A stretch of DNA of 64,000 nucleotides, taken from NCBI GenBank assembly GCA_047637555.1, contig JBLIKX010000001.1:8294-72293 (forward strand), given 5' to 3'. This document shows positions 59,337 to 64,000 of this stretch, in pieces. Under the pieces are notes generated by a model, which was not told where the DNA came from, did no database searches, and worked only from the letters and a program-made list of their open reading frames with translations. The stretch's first letter is position 1. Each line of letters begins with the position of its first letter. Source of the DNA: Crocinitomicaceae bacterium. GTDB taxonomy: Bacteria > Patescibacteriota > Minisyncoccia > Phycocordibacterales > UBA1006. Made by a program: the position numbers and the translations under genes.

Positions 59337-61157
59337 ATGATAGATATGACATCACAGGAAATACGAAAACGATTCTTAGCGTTCTTTGAAAAACGCGGAC
59401 ATGCTATCTTGCCTTCAGCATCATTAATTACTACTGATGATCCAAAGGCCACAAATGCAACATTATTCAATACTGCGGGTATGCAACCCTTGATTCCTTT
59501 TTTAATGGGACAAAAACATGATACTGGAAAGCGTCTCGCAAGTTCACAAAAATGTGTGCGAACAGGTGACCTGGAAGAAGTCGGTGATAATACTCACGTG
59601 ACATTCTTTGAGATGCTTGGGAACTGGTCTCTTGGTGATTATTTTAAAAAGGAGGCTATCTCTTGGTCATGGGAATTCCTGACTGATACTGATGAAGGTC
59701 TTGGTCTTGATCCAGAGCGTTTATATGTAACAGTATTTATTGGAAATGATATGGTTCCACGTGATAATGAGGCTGTAGAAATTTGGAAACAGTTTATTCC
59801 TGAAAATCGAATTTATTACCGAGACTCAAAAGACAACTGGTGGACCGCAGGACCTAATTCTCCAGCAGGACCATCAACTGAAATATTTTATGACCTTACC
59901 GGAGAACTTGGTGATCTATCTGATACAGAATTTGAAAAAGCTGATAAAGATCAACAGGTCGTGGAGATTTGGAACGATGTATTTATGGTATATAAACAAG
60001 AAAGAGGTGAGGTAACAGGTAAACTCTCACAGAGAAATGTGGATACGGGTGCAGGGTTGGAGCGTTTAACTGCAGTTACGCAAGGAAAAAATAATATTTT
60101 TGATACTGATTTATTTTTACCACTACTAAATATCATAAAGGAAAATGCAGAAAAATATGAACAAAAGCATGCCCGAATTTTAGCTGATCATATTAAGACA
60201 TCTGTATTTCTCATTAATGATGGTGTTATTATTTCAAATACAGGGCGAGGGTATGTACTACGACGTATATTAAGGCGGGCTTATTCATCACTCGAAGCAA
60301 TGGAATGTTCTGAAAAAATTATTCCAGAACTTATTCATACTGTTGTTAATATGTATAAAGATTTATATTTTAAAAATGTTGATGAAAAGAAGATAGCAAT
60401 TAAAATAAAGGTAGTTGCAACAGAAATGGATAAGGTTATTAATATCATCAAGCGTGGAGTAAAAATATTTAAGAAAATAAAAGAAAATCCACATACCTTG
60501 ATTACAGGAAAATTTTTAATGGATCTAGAGCAAACCCAAGGTCTGCCATTATCTATGTCAAAAAAATTGGCCAAAAAATTCGGTATTGAAATTTCAGATG
60601 ACTCATTAGAGGAATGTAAAAAAATAAGAGTTGAACATCAGGAACTATCTCGAACGGGAGCAGATCAAAAATTTAAAGGAGGTTTATCTCAGGACACACC
60701 AAAAATTAGAGCACTTCATACCGCTACGCACTTGATGCTTGCTGGTCTTCGTAAGGAACTCGGAAATGACGTTCATCAAAAAGGTTCAAATATTACCGAA
60801 GAGAGAACACGTTTTGATTTTACGCATGGAGAAAAAGTTTCTCGAGAGATATTAAATAAGGTGGAATTATATGTAAGGGATGCAATTACTACAAATGCGA
60901 AAATGGGCGTTCAGTTAATGGAAAAGGAAAAGGCAAAGAATTCTGATGTTGTTGGTTCATTTTGGGAAAAATATCCAGATATCGTAAAGGTATGGACTAT
61001 TATAGATAAAGACCAAAATATTTACTCAAAGGAATTGTGCGGAGGACCACATGTGGAAGATCTATCACAGATTGCAGAATTTGGGGTATTTAAAATAAAA
61101 AAAGAGGAATCGTCATCCGCAGGCGTTCGTCGTATCAAAGCCATTCTGGAAAAATAA
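59337..61157 (+). CDS. alaS: alanyl-tRNA synthetase, short form (catalytic + editing domains, no C-Ala domain)
   Basis: N-terminal FFEKRGH...NTAGMQPL...FFEMLGNWSLGDYFK class II core; editing HTATHLM and CGGPHV motifs; only 606 aa. Confidence 0.9.
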   Translation: MIDMTSQEIRKRFLAFFEKRGHAILPSASLITTDDPKATNATLFNTAGMQPLIPFLMGQKHDTGKRLASSQKCVRTGDLEEVGDNTHVTFFEMLGNWSLGDYFKKEAISWSWEFLTDTDEGLGLDPERLYVTVFIGNDMVPRDNEAVEIWKQFIPENRIYYRDSKDNWWTAGPNSPAGPSTEIFYDLTGELGDLSDTEFEKADKDQQVVEIWNDVFMVYKQERGEVTGKLSQRNVDTGAGLERLTAVTQGKNNIFDTDLFLPLLNIIKENAEKYEQKHARILADHIKTSVFLINDGVIISNTGRGYVLRRILRRAYSSLEAMECSEKIIPELIHTVVNMYKDLYFKNVDEKKIAIKIKVVATEMDKVINIIKRGVKIFKKIKENPHTLITGKFLMDLEQTQGLPLSMSKKLAKKFGIEISDDSLEECKKIRVEHQELSRTGADQKFKGGLSQDTPKIRALHTATHLMLAGLRKELGNDVHQKGSNITEERTRFDFTHGEKVSREILNKVELYVRDAITTNAKMGVQLMEKEKAKNSDVVGSFWEKYPDIVKVWTIIDKDQNIYSKELCGGPHVEDLSQIAEFGVFKIKKEESSSAGVRRIKAILEK

Positions 61158-61185
61158 AACACGTAACGACGTGTTTTATTTTGTG
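61155..61185. terminator. rho-independent terminator after alaS
   Basis: aaacacgt-aacg-acgtgttt followed by a T run. Confidence 0.7.
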
Positions 61186-61199
61186 ATATAATTAAATAT

Positions 61200-61541
61200 A
61201 TGAAAAAAGCCTTTGAATTAGTCCTTGTATTTATTATTTTTTACGGTGTTTATTCTGCGTTCAATAAAATTACATCAGGTTTCATGCCAGAATTATCAAA
61301 ATTCTGGGTGGTTATTATTAGTCTCCTAGTAGCAGCAGGGTTACTCCTGTTATACTCAGGAATCCTTGTTTCAAGAACAAAACTCAAATTAACTGAAAAA
61401 ATGACTAAAACTGTTGTAGAATTGGAACACAAGATTCACGAAAAAGAAGTTGAGATAGAACATAAAGATTCAGAGTTAAAAAATGCTTTTAAGATCAAGC
61501 ATTCAGTAGAAGAAGAAGCGGAGAAAACCCTGCAAAATTAA
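61200..61541 (+). CDS. hypothetical small membrane protein with a coiled-coil tail
   Basis: two hydrophobic helices then an E/K-rich helix. Confidence 0.4.
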   Translation: MKKAFELVLVFIIFYGVYSAFNKITSGFMPELSKFWVVIISLLVAAGLLLLYSGILVSRTKLKLTEKMTKTVVELEHKIHEKEVEIEHKDSELKNAFKIKHSVEEEAEKTLQN

Positions 61542-61548
61542 GAGTTAC

Positions 61549-62724
61549 TTGCCCTATAGTGCTATGTCAAAAAAAATTACTACAAAAAAAAATACCATCA
61601 TTTTCGATATAGATAGTTCATCAATTGGAGCTGCATTAGTTCAATATGGTTATACTGTAAACAAAAAAAATATTTCAACTATTGAGCTGTGTTCTGTTCG
61701 TAAGAATATTACTGGTGGCAATAAATATTCATTTGAAGAATTTTTTAAGAGAACAGCGAGAACTTTAGATGAAGTTGCTCAAGAAATTTATCTCCAATCA
61801 CTCGTACCATTAGACGAAATAGTTATTAATGTCGCTGTTCCTTGGTCGAGTTCACAAAAAAGGAACCTAGTGTATTCTTCAAAAAAAGCTTTTCTTTTTA
61901 CTCATGAGTTATCTACAAAACTTATTCACCAGGATTCTGAACTTTCTTTTGATATAAATATCGACTATGCGGGACATGATGTTGAATTAATACAAAGAAA
62001 AAATCTAGAAGTATATGGAAACGGATACCCTATGAGAAATCCAATAGGTAAAGAAGTCTCAGATATTGAGATACATTTTCTTACATCAGTAATGTCTTCA
62101 GGTACTAAAAATATTTTTACTGACATCATTGAAAGAGTATTTCATAGAACTCCGCGATTTATATCGAACACTTTTGTTCAATATCAGGAACTACGTGTAC
62201 TTTTGCCTCATGTTGATAATGCGGTAATCGTTGATATCAGTGGTGAGGTAACTGAAATGATTGTTGTTAAGGAAGATAATCTATTACATATTGGATCTAT
62301 TCCTGTTGGAACGCAGGGCATCATTCGTCATTTATCTGATGAATTACATATATCTCCCGCAAAAGCACGTACTCTTGTAGATTTATACAAAAACACAGGT
62401 CTTGGTGTTGAATCAAAAGAAACTCAAAATGCTATCAAAAAATCATTTAGGTATTGGTTCAGAGAATTTTATACCCTGCTTGATGACTACAGCAAGCAAG
62501 GACTCCTCCCTCATGTTTTGATCGTTAATGCTCATAATGAAGTTAGGTCGTGGTTTGAAGAATTACTCATGGCAGAGGATTCCCTCAGAGAACATATGCA
62601 TACACAGGGACGAATCGAACTTCTTCATATTCCAATACGAAGTTCTGATGCGAATACTACACACGCTTTTTTGGATCCAGCTCTGGGTATTATTGCTGCG
62701 TATATTGAGCAAGAAACAAAATAA
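61549..62724 (+). CDS. actin-like ATPase of the FtsA/PilM family
   Basis: N-terminal IIFDIDSSSIGAALV (phosphate-1-like) and VIVDISGEVTEMIVV...IGSIPVGTQGI (phosphate-2/adenosine-like) blocks. Confidence 0.5.
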   Translation: MPYSAMSKKITTKKNTIIFDIDSSSIGAALVQYGYTVNKKNISTIELCSVRKNITGGNKYSFEEFFKRTARTLDEVAQEIYLQSLVPLDEIVINVAVPWSSSQKRNLVYSSKKAFLFTHELSTKLIHQDSELSFDINIDYAGHDVELIQRKNLEVYGNGYPMRNPIGKEVSDIEIHFLTSVMSSGTKNIFTDIIERVFHRTPRFISNTFVQYQELRVLLPHVDNAVIVDISGEVTEMIVVKEDNLLHIGSIPVGTQGIIRHLSDELHISPAKARTLVDLYKNTGLGVESKETQNAIKKSFRYWFREFYTLLDDYSKQGLLPHVLIVNAHNEVRSWFEELLMAEDSLREHMHTQGRIELLHIPIRSSDANTTHAFLDPALGIIAAYIEQETK

Positions 62725-62729
62725 AAAGT

Positions 62730-64000
62730 ATGAAAAAATCTGGTCGAAAAAAAAATATAGATGGCATTTCATTGCGAAAAAAAAGAACGAGAGCAACTCG
62801 TTCTTTTCATAAAGCAAAGCCGGCTGTAAAAATACCTCTTAATGTATCTACAAAACCAATTACTCGAAGAAGAGATTTAAATATAAAACTCTTCTCTCGC
62901 AAGGAATTACTAAAAAACACACCTCTATATATTTCAAAAGAAGTACTCCCTAGAAGAAACAGGCAGATAAAGAAAAAAATTATTCACACTATTGACAAGG
63001 TTTTCAATCATAAAATCACTTCTTTATTTATTAAGATAATTATTGTGGTTGCTGCTATTTTCATTTTTTTTAATAATCGAGACAGAACTACAATGACCGT
63101 TCGGCCACATTATCAGTACCTTGAGTTATCAGAGTTAATTAAGGTATATAAAAACCCAAAGGAAGGAGATTTAGGTTTTGATATCATTGCTATAACTGAA
63201 GAGGTAACATCTTCGGTAATAGCAGACGAAGAACGCCCAATGCTGGTTAAATCTTCAGGCGAAATAATTATTTATAATAATTATAGTACAGAACCTCAAC
63301 GATTGATTCCTGAGACGCGCTTCAAAACGGCGGGAGGAAAGATTTTTTTCTTAGGAAAGGAAGAAGTAATTATCCCTGGTAAGGTAGGTGATAACATAGG
63401 TAGTACTACGGCTATTGTATATGCAGAAAAAGCAGGGGAACAATATAATATAGATACTACCGATTTTAGCGTTCCAGGTTTTAAGGAGTCTGGATTGATT
63501 GATAAGTATAATGGAATATATGCAGTCTCTACACAAATGATGGAAGGGGGGTTCATTGGGAGTGAAGCATATGTTTCTGAAAATGAACGTTTAAAGGCAG
63601 AACAAGCATTAAGCATAGATCTTGTTGATCGACTCCGCAGTAGACTTAATAGGGAAAAAACAGAGAATACTTTCTTAGTAGAGGGGAGTGAAAAGTATAG
63701 GTTTAAAGAGTCAGAATACCTTTCAGATGCTCTTGGTTCTGCGGGTGTATTATCCCAACGGGGAACTATTCTCGCTATTGTTGTAGGTAATAAATTCCTA
63801 GGTGAATACATTGCAGATAATTATTTTGAAATAAGTGATACTGAAAGTGTTAAGATGTTACAGTATGATGATGCACGCTTAACACTCAATAATAATACTT
63901 TTGATTTTGAGAATAGTGATATTGCCGAAATTAATGTTTCAGGTTCACTTCTTTATGTATGGAACATTAATAAAGAGTCATTAGCAAATAACATAACAAA
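62730..64000 (+). CDS. hypothetical bitopic membrane protein, 3'-partial (runs off the window)
   Basis: ATG at 62730, basic ~100-aa N-terminus, one TM helix (IKIIIVVAAIFIFF), then a long extracytoplasmic domain with no stop before 64000; absent from the track, probably because it is incomplete. Confidence 0.45.
   Translation, partial: MKKSGRKKNIDGISLRKKRTRATRSFHKAKPAVKIPLNVSTKPITRRRDLNIKLFSRKELLKNTPLYISKEVLPRRNRQIKKKIIHTIDKVFNHKITSLFIKIIIVVAAIFIFFNNRDRTTMTVRPHYQYLELSELIKVYKNPKEGDLGFDIIAITEEVTSSVIADEERPMLVKSSGEIIIYNNYSTEPQRLIPETRFKTAGGKIFFLGKEEVIIPGKVGDNIGSTTAIVYAEKAGEQYNIDTTDFSVPGFKESGLIDKYNGIYAVSTQMMEGGFIGSEAYVSENERLKAEQALSIDLVDRLRSRLNREKTENTFLVEGSEKYRFKESEYLSDALGSAGVLSQRGTILAIVVGNKFLGEYIADNYFEISDTESVKMLQYDDARLTLNNNTFDFENSDIAEINVSGSLLYVWNINKESLANNIT

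Overview
This is an AT-rich (~33% GC) bacterial chromosomal window dominated by housekeeping genes, read with the standard genetic code (TGA acts as a stop, e.g. at the NUDIX gene). It contains a pentose-phosphate/glycolysis cluster (rpiB, rpe-like, split transketolase, PfkB kinase, class II aldolase) and a translation/tRNA-modification set (truB, hpf, fmt, def, hisS, trmD, tgt, mnmA, trhO, proS, alaS, rpsB, tsf, rpmA). A contiguous rpoB-rpoC-dnaG-rpoD block lies behind a near-consensus promoter. Cell-wall and shape genes (mreB, mreC, mltG, lepB, GT2 synthase) and DNA-repair genes (uvrB, uvrA, a DnaQ-like exonuclease) are also present. The RNA genes are one tRNA-Thr(UGU), an RNase P RNA on the minus strand, and a truncated tRNA-like 5' half. 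The style (short EF-Ts, AlaS without a C-Ala domain, split Tkt, decayed pilins, few biosynthetic genes) fits a reduced-genome bacterium, possibly Patescibacteria/CPR; this is inference, not proof. The most unusual items are: (1) a protein joining a sigma-70 region-4-like HTH to a C-terminal HARE-HTH (RNAP-delta-like) domain; (2) a DnaG whose zinc ribbon has lost three of four metal ligands; (3) a perfect 47-bp tandem repeat (3.8 copies) abutting the def ribosome-binding site, each unit carrying an overlapping ATGA mini-ORF; (4) two decayed type IV pilin genes, one splitting the canonical def-fmt pair; (5) a tRNA 5' half convergent with rnpB; (6) a compact Dda/PIF1-like SF1B helicase with a textbook promoter and flanking terminators; and (7) a tandem glutaredoxin-like pair, one with CxxT and a C-terminal Mop/TOBE-like extension. 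ORF coordinates come from the supplied track; where I moved a start codon I say so, and features I placed myself were checked against the printed sequence. No database searches were run.
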